A DNA stretch of 64,000 nucleotides from Candidatus Dojkabacteria bacterium (GTDB lineage: Bacteria; Patescibacteriota; Dojkabacteria; J137), in contig AP024679.1 in assembly GCA_025999215.1 (NCBI GenBank), positions 293,645 to 357,644 on the forward strand, written 5' to 3'. How positions within the stretch are numbered: the stretch's first letter is position 1; each line of letters begins with the position of its first letter. The translations under genes were made by a program, and so were the position numbers. The notes beneath the pieces are model-generated. The model was not told the origin of the DNA, ran no database searches, and saw only the letters and a list, made by a program, of their open reading frames with translations. Shown here piece by piece: positions 46,401-55,478 of this stretch.

Positions 46401-49400
46401 TGAGTCAGCATCTAATGAGTTGCTTAAAGTTCAAAATGTGAACATTTTGGTTGAAGATAATATCTTCAAATCCAGCTCTACGCCTGATATAACAAATTTT
46501 TTTGCAGATACGATTGCGTATTTTAATAATAACATTGTTGAGGGTGGTGGTGCCGGCTTAAAGTTTTCTTCTGATTATAGTTTAGAAGCTTACGGAAATG
46601 AATTTAAATTTGGAAAATATGGAATCAAGCTAGATTTGGGTACTGATGTAGCTAATCAAACTGTTGATATTAAAGGAAATTTATTCTACTTAAATGATTA
46701 TGGGCTTTTTGCTTATCTTGATGATTCAATCACCTCTCTTGATCCTGATATTAAAAAACTTACCCTGGGGGGAAGTTTACCTATGAGTGGATCCAAATGT
46801 GAAGCAAGCGAAAAAAATTGTTTTGAACAAAACAGAATGTGGGGAGTAGTTATTTTAGATTCAGTACCTGAAAATGAAAATAATGTGTATTATCAAAATA
46901 CTTTTGTGAATAACGGAATAAACAATGATATTGTTGATGGGGTAGGTGAAAATTATGCTCAAGCTTGGAGGGGTGGTTTTGAGTTGTTTAATAAAGATCA
47001 AAGAGTAGCTATCACGGGAGACTTTGTAAGTAAGTATATATTCACGATAGAGGGAAAAAGAAGTCCATTAACAGCTCAGAGTAAAGTTTGTCCTTTTGGG
47101 GCTACGGAGTGTCCTGCGAGTGGTGATACAACTGGAGTTTTGGGAGAATCAACCATTCTTGATTATGGTTCAACTGGATCTAACATGACTTATCTAAACT
47201 TAATTGAATATTACTATGACAATGTAGGTAACAAAGTAGATGTATCAGAGTTTGTTATTGATTCACCTCATCTAGCTCAAAGGGTATTTAGTTTTGATGG
47301 AGATGCGTCTAACGATACAGCAAATGTAACTCAAGGTGCTGGAGTTAGGAATATAAATGGATTTAATTATGAAGATAGGGGGATGGTTTGGACCAATAAT
47401 CCTACCGCAACGAGAGATACTGTTAATCATGTTTACGCGCGATTTCAGTTAGCAGAAGTAGAGTTTGTGGATGCTAACCCGATATGGCATAATAACCAGT
47501 GGTGGATAGTAGTGGATTCAACTTTGGATACCGATAATGTTTCTTCTGAAGGTTATGATGATGGTGGTGGAGCTTATTCTGGCGGTGGTTTGAGCGGAAG
47601 CGATGGTGTGGCTGACGGTAAAACAACGCTGAAAGAAGCTTTGTTTGTTGCCAATAACTTGAATCCTAGTGATGTTAAAAATATTGTATTTTGCATACCA
47701 AATGGTAGTGGTGGAAGCACTGATGGGCTAGGAGGATTGCTTCCTTTTCCATGTGGTATTGGTGCGGCCGATCCTAATTATAACAATCCAATTCCTAGCA
47801 AATGGAGAATCGAATATCAGTCCGATGTGCCTTCTTTGCCTTATGTAATTGACTCTAACTTTCACATTAATAACGATAATATTAACTTGATTGCAAATCA
47901 AGCGTACAATTGGATAAACCCAGTAGCTTACCCTGATCCTGCAGCAAAACCAAGAATTGTCATAGACTTTCTTTCAAATTATAGATTTGAGATTGGAACC
48001 AGCAATGCGGTATCAAATATACAGATAAAAGGATTGGAGATTACTCGCAATCCTGGTGCGGCATATAATATTTTTGGTAAAGCAGGAACCAGCAATGTAA
48101 TTATAGGTGGAAATCAAGCGTTAGATAGAAATGTAATTTACAATGGTGATAGAAATATATATTTTCCTGGTCCTGGTAGTAGTAATATTAGTATTTTAGG
48201 TAATTTTTTAGGGGTGAAAGATGATGGAGTAACTGATCAAACTAATTCTAATATATTTAATTTGGTTTTTGGAAATTCTTATGTAAGCGATATAGTGGTT
48301 GGTTCACCAGGATGGGGAAGGAATATAATCAGCGGTGCAGGTAGAGGGGTTTCTCTGATTAATTGTTCTGATGCGGTAATTCAAAATAACTATATAGGAG
48401 TAGGTTATGATGGTGAAACTGTTATTTCAGAACCACATATTGGAATTTTATTGGATAGAGTAGAGAATGTTCTTGTGGGTGGTGATATAGAAACAGAAGG
48501 TAATGTTATTGCTGGAAACAAGCCTGGTATTTTTGTAAGGGGATTAAGAGTACCAGATATTACTAATACAAAATTTACTGCAAAAATTGAAGGTAATAGG
48601 ATTGGTTACACTGCTAGCAACAATCCAGCATCAATACTAGGTGATGGCATCGTTGTTGGTTCTCAGGAAAATATACTACCTCATGAACAACTTGGAAAAG
48701 TTATACTTGGCGGAGAATATTTTAATTTAAGAAACCTAATTTATGCTAGCCAGTCTAACATTAGATATGATTCTGGACAATTGATTGTAAATCATAATTG
48801 TTTAGGAACTAATTATGATTGTACTGAATTCTTTCCAGACCCTGACCCTTCTTTTCCAGCCGTAAAAACAACAAATATTACAGTAACATATGGAGTGAGT
48901 GTAAATTCTTACAAAACTAATGATCAATTTACGAGCTTGGATATAGATTACACAAAATTTAAGATTAATAGTAATTACGATTTAGTATATTTGGCATTCA
49001 CAGGCAACAATGATTCTACTCCTTTTAATTTTAGATTAAATGAAATAAAAAACTCGTTAACCTCTTTTTATTTACCATATGCAATAGAAGATTCAGATTC
49101 TCTCAACTGGCCACCAAATTACGATGTTTCGGCTTTAAGCTCATTACCTGATGATGATGATGTAGATGAAGGTATTAATAATTTACAAAATTTTCCTGAA
49201 ATATTAAAAGCTATATATTTAGGTGGTGGCTACTATCAAGTAGAAGGTGTAATTGATGGTAATTCTTCAGAGGCGCCTTTTGAAGTTGAAGTTTGTAAAA
49301 GTTTTGAAACTTCGGTTTTGACTATTAATAATTATGAGCACGGACTAGGGCAATGTGAAGTATTTTTAGGTAATACTTTTACACCTAATGTTGCCGGAGT

Positions 49401-51195
49401 TTTGCCTGAAGGCTCAACACTTAATTTAAGTGAAGTGCCTCAGAGAGGAAGTAATACCGATTATTATTGGAGTAAGGTTGTTTATGTGGAAGGAGTAAAT
49501 GAAAATTCCGAAGTATATTTTTCAACTAGTGCCATTAATAATTATGGCGGACAAAGTCAATATGGCCCCAACTTTTTAGCTCAAGCTGGAGAAGAAAATT
49601 TTGAAATAAAAAGCTATTTTATTCCAATAATTTATCCAAGTGATGATGGGAGTACTGTTACTGATGATGCTACTCCAGTGATAGATTGGATAGCTCCTGT
49701 TGATGATCAAAATAATTTAAATCCAGATACTGTAGTTAGATATGAAGTGTACATTGATAATGCTAAAGTCGGAGAGACTTCAGGTGATATCACTCATTTA
49801 TCAATAATTAATCCTTTGAGTGTTGGGCAACATACTTTGAAAGTTTTAAGTTTTGGGTTAAATGGTGAGAGTGAAGGGGAGAGTAAGGAGGTAGTTTTTG
49901 TAGTTATTGAGCCACAGTATTCTTTTGAATTAATTTACCCTGTTGATGTGGTGATTGATGATGTAAAGCCCATATTCTCTTGGAGTGGTTTATCAAACTC
50001 AGCCGGCGCAGGTAGTGCGATAATTTACGATTTGTATTTAGATGGAGAACTGTTTGCTAGCAATCTTAATCAAACTCAATATCAGAATGTAAATCTTGAG
50101 CTAGATGAAGGAAATTATGAGTGGTTTGTGGTTGCTTATAGATTGGAGCCTGATTCATCAAAAACTGAAATATCTAGAACTACAAAGGCAGAATTTGAGG
50201 TTAGAATACCTTCAAATTCTGAGCTAGCTTCATCACCAGTAATAGAGATAAAAGATGATGTGACGAATAAAAATTTTGAAAACAAAGATGTTGTTTCTAC
50301 ACCTTTATCTTTTGAATCTTCAAAATTATTAAATGATTCAGTTGTAGTTAATGCAGCTTTAGTTGTTACTAGCGTAAGTTTGGGATCTATAATTATGTTT
50401 TTAAACAATTTGAAAACAGGAGGAGATATATCTATTTTTGGAGTAATATTAGGTTGGATATTTGATAGAAAGAAAAAGTATTGGGGTTTTGTAATTGATG
50501 GGAATACCAATAAGGGGGTTCCTTTGGCGATAGTTAGATTTTATAAAGAAAAGGCCCATACAAACCTCGCTCAGAGGGGTTTTGTCTATCAAAGTATTAG
50601 TGATTTGAAAGGAAGATATAGGGCTATAGTTGAAGATGATGGATACTATTTTGTAGAAGTAAGAGCAGATGGTTATGAAACTTTGGAGAAAAAAATATAT
50701 CTAACTAGGGATGAAGAAATAAACAGAGATTTTGAAGTTGTGCGAGTAGAGGATAAGAGTAATAAAATTCTTACGAGGCTAAATCTAACAAGGTTGCTTA
50801 ATTTCGTAATATTAGCAATGATATTGGGTGGGTTCTTTTATACCATTTACGCAACACTTATAAGTCCGGTTTCTATTAATTTCTTAATTTTGGCGCTTTA
50901 TGTTTTTGTTTTTATTATAAATTTGATTGCTCCAATCAAAGAGAGGTTTAATCAAAAACTGCAAATTTTAGAAGCAATTACGAAAAAACCGCTACCTGGA
51001 GTAAGTGTGAGATTTTATGACGATAATGGTAAACAGTTAGATATTAAATTGACAAACAAAAACGGAATAATTTTGATCAATTCCAAAGCTCGCCAAATCA
51101 GTCTTTACAAAGAAGGTTATGAAAATATGAAGTTAGATTTGAGTAGCTATAATAAAAGTTTTGTGGAGCTTAATAAAAATTTTGAATCAATTTAA
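43468..51195 (+). CDS. Giant (2575 aa) membrane/surface protein. An N-terminal cytoplasmic receiver-like (REC-fold) domain and TM segments are followed by a very large extracytoplasmic region with parallel beta-helix-type repeats and prealbumin/CarboxypepD_reg-like domains, then C-terminal TM helices.
   Basis: Residues 1-120 follow the CheY-like pattern: KIVIIEEN (acidic pair as EE), ...ENGVEGLGL..., PDLILVDTTLPKYSGREIV (phospho-acceptor Asp context), KVIIMNDGS. Multiple TM helices lie between residues ~160-230 and ~2430-2500. Repetitive N/G/S/T-rich beta-strand repeats fill the middle (e.g. NNYFGLNSLG, NNLFGVDTNF). GVPLAIVRFYKEKAHT...GRYRAI...DGYYFVEVRADGYETLEKKIYL resembles CarboxypepD_reg/Cna-B. 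Confidence 0.6.
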   Translation: MNVMKIVIIEENISIRRFLKAFLNKNFKNVQVYTSENGVEGLGLVYVVRPDLILVDTTLPKYSGREIVEFLSSNDSFKNGKTKVIIMNDGSSVSKTLANFKNYEKKDKKFLKKIGSEIINFQKDVIHSESINPGFLNSLGIRLANKSDLMWKKFLESRFLKVWFGLGWLYYQILLSLVLTIHFLLVREIKDSNIQQNKIDSKKIAVKAAPTLAGLFATFLVLFSQIFLFVLGGVVILNTRVNSIFATGESVEEIFYSTLTQSRFWYQADFVEFTASGVQLKSQFTPPDVGIDPPPGGGIETQSIPSSYPESYPQENVLGVSKSTSRYSTNPAHITLLQPIEYTDLINFEEFANKPSNTTITYQLSPDGTNWYYFESVDTGWVLTTAGFWSSNTAQEVQQNLELYESLFDSGSLYITAFLKTDNPSFTPILQKINITLSNEIVSQTPDPGSGGGGINEITLDILDFNTLEPQIFTASYYNGNKIVTGKILGRDRLSKLIYRAPSEVLSRYEAVITYEDGTLIGTTDLYLNSRDEIAFKLVTNGEPGGFIVVQIRPKVGVPLPPGVVLDESPRSKRVLNSTFTVDSTSDEPDALLDGLCETALGECTLRAAIQEANNTPGFDIINFAIPVTDSGYRDYDSPGTPGSGDSLNGDDYWVIRPQVNYPTITEAINLNVGSQRTNISDTNNLGPEIEITGIDIMGSPGLVFDHGSSGTSEISEVVVNGFVNAVVLHSSTNMKSTYLGTDVRGQNQVVSSKSLVISPKIFSNITIGSTAQLEDRNVISQAEINFVWGTGGNITLVNNYFGLNSLGSASILSPLDTPLEISSSGASVDSLIKIGENLTNGRNYFASGINVTAGGYVAVEIKNNLFGVDTNFNLINHNAKMNYSLDSSLNSYVYDLLVENNLFLQPAGSYLIFNSNNTSKVRFYQNTLATDSISPTHYAMDILATFTPNLTENQIEVVDNFFGGDGINPDPFFGVVTESASNELLKVQNVNILVEDNIFKSSSTPDITNFFADTIAYFNNNIVEGGGAGLKFSSDYSLEAYGNEFKFGKYGIKLDLGTDVANQTVDIKGNLFYLNDYGLFAYLDDSITSLDPDIKKLTLGGSLPMSGSKCEASEKNCFEQNRMWGVVILDSVPENENNVYYQNTFVNNGINNDIVDGVGENYAQAWRGGFELFNKDQRVAITGDFVSKYIFTIEGKRSPLTAQSKVCPFGATECPASGDTTGVLGESTILDYGSTGSNMTYLNLIEYYYDNVGNKVDVSEFVIDSPHLAQRVFSFDGDASNDTANVTQGAGVRNINGFNYEDRGMVWTNNPTATRDTVNHVYARFQLAEVEFVDANPIWHNNQWWIVVDSTLDTDNVSSEGYDDGGGAYSGGGLSGSDGVADGKTTLKEALFVANNLNPSDVKNIVFCIPNGSGGSTDGLGGLLPFPCGIGAADPNYNNPIPSKWRIEYQSDVPSLPYVIDSNFHINNDNINLIANQAYNWINPVAYPDPAAKPRIVIDFLSNYRFEIGTSNAVSNIQIKGLEITRNPGAAYNIFGKAGTSNVIIGGNQALDRNVIYNGDRNIYFPGPGSSNISILGNFLGVKDDGVTDQTNSNIFNLVFGNSYVSDIVVGSPGWGRNIISGAGRGVSLINCSDAVIQNNYIGVGYDGETVISEPHIGILLDRVENVLVGGDIETEGNVIAGNKPGIFVRGLRVPDITNTKFTAKIEGNRIGYTASNNPASILGDGIVVGSQENILPHEQLGKVILGGEYFNLRNLIYASQSNIRYDSGQLIVNHNCLGTNYDCTEFFPDPDPSFPAVKTTNITVTYGVSVNSYKTNDQFTSLDIDYTKFKINSNYDLVYLAFTGNNDSTPFNFRLNEIKNSLTSFYLPYAIEDSDSLNWPPNYDVSALSSLPDDDDVDEGINNLQNFPEILKAIYLGGGYYQVEGVIDGNSSEAPFEVEVCKSFETSVLTINNYEHGLGQCEVFLGNTFTPNVAGVLPEGSTLNLSEVPQRGSNTDYYWSKVVYVEGVNENSEVYFSTSAINNYGGQSQYGPNFLAQAGEENFEIKSYFIPIIYPSDDGSTVTDDATPVIDWIAPVDDQNNLNPDTVVRYEVYIDNAKVGETSGDITHLSIINPLSVGQHTLKVLSFGLNGESEGESKEVVFVVIEPQYSFELIYPVDVVIDDVKPIFSWSGLSNSAGAGSAIIYDLYLDGELFASNLNQTQYQNVNLELDEGNYEWFVVAYRLEPDSSKTEISRTTKAEFEVRIPSNSELASSPVIEIKDDVTNKNFENKDVVSTPLSFESSKLLNDSVVVNAALVVTSVSLGSIIMFLNNLKTGGDISIFGVILGWIFDRKKKYWGFVIDGNTNKGVPLAIVRFYKEKAHTNLAQRGFVYQSISDLKGRYRAIVEDDGYYFVEVRADGYETLEKKIYLTRDEEINRDFEVVRVEDKSNKILTRLNLTRLLNFVILAMILGGFFYTIYATLISPVSINFLILALYVFVFIINLIAPIKERFNQKLQILEAITKKPLPGVSVRFYDDNGKQLDIKLTNKNGIILINSKARQISLYKEGYENMKLDLSSYNKSFVELNKNFESI

Positions 51196-51257
51196 AATAA
51201 AATTGAGTTGATTTTTTTGTTGTGGTAAATTATTGGGTAATGATAGAATGAAATTAT

Positions 51258-54200
51258 ATGAATCTGATCAAAAAGCTACACCCAGCCACATATTTTTTTG
51301 TATTTATAATTGTGGCCATTTGTTTTTTTCTGTTCTCTAGCTTCGAAAAAGCTCAAGCTGGTATCTATTCATGGATTCAGAGCGCTTGGGATGGGGGAAT
51401 AAGTTCAAATATAATAACTTCTGATACCAACACTTTATCTCAAGTTAATAATGCTACCGTTACACAAAATAGCGTTTCAATAAATAGCACACCAAATTGG
51501 TTTGACAATTCTTGGAGTTATAGGATTCCAATAACAATTGACAACCCTAATACTTATGCTTTAACTGATCATCAAATTAAAATAACTCTAGACACGTCCT
51601 CTTTAATTGCAAGTGGAAAACTACAACCAGATTGTCGAGATATACGTTTTACAAATATCATAGGAAATGTTGTTTTTCCTTACTGGATTTCAGAAGGTTC
51701 GAATGAATGTAATTCTACAACCACAAATATATGGATTAAAGTAGATAATTTAAATATTGGTAGCAATTTAATTTACATGTATTACGGTAATCCGTCAGCA
51801 ACGTCATTTTCAAATGGAGAGGATACCTTTTTATTTTTTGATGACTTTAACGATGGAATACTGGATCCAAATAAATGGCAACACGATGGAATTGGATATT
51901 CTGAAAGTGATGGAAAACTAACAACTTGGAGTAATGGTTCATGGAGATCACTACGTTCAACATATCAAATAGATTTTTTACACCCTGTTAATGTTGAAGC
52001 AAGAGTGATTTCAGATTCTGCAGATGATTGGCATCCTCTTATGCTTACAGATGCTTCAAATGGAAATATTAATAGGTTTGGTATTCTTGATTATTTTTAC
52101 AGTGGTTCGAACATTGGAATTCAAATCAAACAAAGAAGTTATACTTATCCAAAAGATTTAGGTACAATGTTGCCTTCAATTCCATACATTATGCAAATAA
52201 CAAAGGATGGATTCACATCAAAATTTGAAGCTTATTTTATGAATGATAACAATACATTTATTAATAATTATGTAGCAACAGGATTAAGGTTTTCAAATCG
52301 ACCTTGGGTGATTAGGCAATGGAAACGTCAAAGCTCTCAAGATCATTGGGATTGGATTTTGGTAAGTAAAGCCGCTACTGAACATCTCACTATAACTTAT
52401 CCATTGACAAATGAACAAAAGGTTTATGTTAGTCCAAGTTATGTAACTTCAAACATATTCAACACAACATTTCCTACAGAATGGAATTCAATTAATTTTT
52501 CTGGAAGTGGTACTTTCACAGTTAAAGTTAGATCAGATTATTTAAGTAATATGAGTAATGCTCAAGATTGGAGCAGTTGTGATCCTGTAACTTCAGGTCA
52601 AGATATTTCTTCTAACAATTGCATCAACAATGGTGATCAATATATACAGTTTAGGGTGGAATTTGATCCCAATGGAATTAGTTATGGAGAAGTAAATAGT
52701 GTAGTTATTGAATATCAAGAATACGATCTTGATAATCCGGTTACTAATGCTTCTAATGTTGTTCTCTCAGGAGTTAGTGCAGGCAATTGGATTAATTTCA
52801 AACCTACAATAAACTGGGATGATGCCACTGATAATGCGGGTGGTTCTGGGATTTATGGATATTGTATTGCTTTAGATGAAACAAATGGCACATCGAGCAA
52901 TTTAGATCCTGCAATCACTGGCGGTATACTCCAAGGTTTGGATGATGGCGTTCCAAAAACTTTTTGCCCTTTCATTGTGCAAGGAACAACTTTTGATCTC
53001 AATGTAGTTTCGGGGTTGAACTTAACATCCGGTAAAACATATTTTGTTTCGATCAAAGCAGTTGATAATGGTGGAAATATATTTTCGGGAGCTAGCACAG
53101 ATTATCAAGATTTGACCAATTTTAAATTTGATAATATGCCACCTGAAAATCCTGCGTTTATTAATTTACCTGTAAATTTTGTATCTACCAAAGATATAAC
53201 TATTTCGTGGCCTGTAGGGGCTGCTGGCGCAAGTGATACTTTTAGTGGTGTAGCTGGTTTACAATACAAAATAGGTCAAAATGGCACGTGGTATGGTGAT
53301 TTACACAATGGTAGTCAAGACATAACGGATCTTTTGGTTGATGATGGAGTATACACAACTGATCCAACTTATGATTATCCTAACCTAGCAGAAGGAGTTA
53401 ATAAAATCTACTTTAGAACTCTGGACAATGCAGGCAACATTTCAGCCACAACTTTGCAAGGAGATATTAAAATTAATACAGTAGCTCCATCAGAAGTTCA
53501 GAATTTATCAGTAAATCCGTTTTCTAATACAGTCAATCAATATGAATTTACCTGGGATCCACCTGCAACTTTTACAGGTTTGGTATCAGGTATCACATAT
53601 TGTTATACAGTGAATGTATTGCCTTCAGAGTCATCTTGTAACTATACACTCCCAGGAGAAACTTCAATAGGTCCTGGCGCTTTTGCTACACAACCAGGAA
53701 TTAATACAATGTACATTGTTGCACGAGACGAAGCATCAAATGTTAATTATGCAACTTTTCAAAGTATAAATTTTGAGTACAATGGAACTGCTCCAGGAAT
53801 TCCAACTAACTTAGATGTAGCTGATATATCAATAAAAAGTACATCAAATTGGAGACTAGCTTTATCTTGGGATACGCCAAACGATGTAGGAGCAGGAGTT
53901 GCAAATTACAAAATATTTAGATCTCTGAATACTGATATTTCTTGCGCTAGTAGTTTTGGAAGTTTTACTCAAATAGGTTCTAGTACATCAACTAGTTACA
54001 TAGATACAGGCTTGTCTCAAGTTCCATACAATTACTGCATTGTTGCTTGTGATAGCGCAAATAATTGTTCTGCGCCTACAGGAAATGTTGTAAAAACACC
54101 AACAGGAAAATACACTGAACCGGCAAAATTAATAACTGAACCAGAAGTTATACAGGTTGGCACCAGAACGGCTAAAATAAATTGGGTGACGGAAAGAACA

Positions 54201-55325
54201 AGTGATTCCAGAATTCAGTTAGGAGTTGAAAGTGGCAAATATTTTGATGAGGAAATATCAAACTCTGATCAAGTTACAAATCATATAATTACTTTGAATA
54301 ATTTAGATCCAGGAAAGACATATTTTTACAGAGCACTTTGGATTGATGAAGATGGAAATGTAGGTGTATCAAGTGAAAAAATATTCGTTACAAAACCTGC
54401 TCCACTACTTGAAAATACTAATGTTACAGCAATTACAACCAGTAGTGCAATTATTAATTTAAGTGTTGCTAATGCAACTCAAGTGCGTATTGTGATTCCA
54501 GGGTTTTTTGATGAATACATACCTACATCTACAGAATTTAGTACATATTCTATACCATTGACCAATTTACGAGAGAATACTAGATATTCTTTTAGAATAT
54601 ATCTCAAAGATGTTGATGGTTATGAATATGACACTTTTGAAGATAGAGTTTTTCAAACGTTACCACTTCCGCAAATTACAGATGTAAGTTTCGAAGAGCT
54701 CAAAGGAGTTGCCTCTCCAACGATAGCGGTTAGATGGAAAACTAATGTGCCAACAGTTAGTACAATTTATTACAAAAACTTAGATTCAGAAGAAGGTTTA
54801 ATTTCTACCATACCAAACACTGAAAGAAAGGAAGAATTTGAAGAAAATGTATCTGGACTTAAACCCGAAACCACCTATTCTTTATACATTGTGGCGACAG
54901 ATGTTTTTGGTAATAGCGCTAGGTCAAATGAATTCACATTCACAACAGCAACTGATACCAGACCTCCAGAGATAGTTGGAATCAAAATAGGTAAATCAAA
55001 TACAGGAGATGAAGGTAATAACGCTCAACTTATTGTAACAATTGATACAGATGAACCAACTACAGCTCAAGTTGAGTATGGTGAAGGAAGTAGTGGAGTG
55101 TACACTCAGGCTACGCCAATAGACACAATTTACAAGACTCAACACAATATCATAATTAATGAATTAAAGCCTAATGCTGTGTATAACTTAAGAGTTATTG
55201 TTAGCGATAGCGCTTTAAATAGGAAATCATCATCAAACAAAATAATCGTAACTTCTAAGTCACAACAAGAAGTTTTAGAGATTGTGCTTGGTGAGTTATC
55301 TGAATTGTTTGGGTTTGTATTTTAG
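51258..55325 (+). CDS. Giant (1355 aa) secreted/surface protein with DUF2341/LamG-like N-region and multiple fibronectin-type-III-like repeats
   Basis: Signal peptide and N-terminal TM anchor. WSYRIPITID...DCRDIRFT (DUF2341-like). Recurring FN3-like units (...PSEVQNLSVNP...YEFTWDPP..., ...PGIPTNLDV...ALSWDTPNDVGAGVANYKIFRS..., ...TAKINWVTERTSDSRIQLG...). Confidence 0.6.
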   Translation: MNLIKKLHPATYFFVFIIVAICFFLFSSFEKAQAGIYSWIQSAWDGGISSNIITSDTNTLSQVNNATVTQNSVSINSTPNWFDNSWSYRIPITIDNPNTYALTDHQIKITLDTSSLIASGKLQPDCRDIRFTNIIGNVVFPYWISEGSNECNSTTTNIWIKVDNLNIGSNLIYMYYGNPSATSFSNGEDTFLFFDDFNDGILDPNKWQHDGIGYSESDGKLTTWSNGSWRSLRSTYQIDFLHPVNVEARVISDSADDWHPLMLTDASNGNINRFGILDYFYSGSNIGIQIKQRSYTYPKDLGTMLPSIPYIMQITKDGFTSKFEAYFMNDNNTFINNYVATGLRFSNRPWVIRQWKRQSSQDHWDWILVSKAATEHLTITYPLTNEQKVYVSPSYVTSNIFNTTFPTEWNSINFSGSGTFTVKVRSDYLSNMSNAQDWSSCDPVTSGQDISSNNCINNGDQYIQFRVEFDPNGISYGEVNSVVIEYQEYDLDNPVTNASNVVLSGVSAGNWINFKPTINWDDATDNAGGSGIYGYCIALDETNGTSSNLDPAITGGILQGLDDGVPKTFCPFIVQGTTFDLNVVSGLNLTSGKTYFVSIKAVDNGGNIFSGASTDYQDLTNFKFDNMPPENPAFINLPVNFVSTKDITISWPVGAAGASDTFSGVAGLQYKIGQNGTWYGDLHNGSQDITDLLVDDGVYTTDPTYDYPNLAEGVNKIYFRTLDNAGNISATTLQGDIKINTVAPSEVQNLSVNPFSNTVNQYEFTWDPPATFTGLVSGITYCYTVNVLPSESSCNYTLPGETSIGPGAFATQPGINTMYIVARDEASNVNYATFQSINFEYNGTAPGIPTNLDVADISIKSTSNWRLALSWDTPNDVGAGVANYKIFRSLNTDISCASSFGSFTQIGSSTSTSYIDTGLSQVPYNYCIVACDSANNCSAPTGNVVKTPTGKYTEPAKLITEPEVIQVGTRTAKINWVTERTSDSRIQLGVESGKYFDEEISNSDQVTNHIITLNNLDPGKTYFYRALWIDEDGNVGVSSEKIFVTKPAPLLENTNVTAITTSSAIINLSVANATQVRIVIPGFFDEYIPTSTEFSTYSIPLTNLRENTRYSFRIYLKDVDGYEYDTFEDRVFQTLPLPQITDVSFEELKGVASPTIAVRWKTNVPTVSTIYYKNLDSEEGLISTIPNTERKEEFEENVSGLKPETTYSLYIVATDVFGNSARSNEFTFTTATDTRPPEIVGIKIGKSNTGDEGNNAQLIVTIDTDEPTTAQVEYGEGSSGVYTQATPIDTIYKTQHNIIINELKPNAVYNLRVIVSDSALNRKSSSNKIIVTSKSQQEVLEIVLGELSELFGFVF

Positions 55326-55478
55326 TCTAAAAGTTTTTAAAAATTTTATAATTTAGGCTTAGTATTTATTGCTTGTTAAATTTTTTATGTTATAATGACT
55401 AAGCTTCTCTGGAGGGCGGGGAGCGAGTTTATATATGACCCTCTGAAGATTGCGTGATTTTAACGTGATCATTTTACT

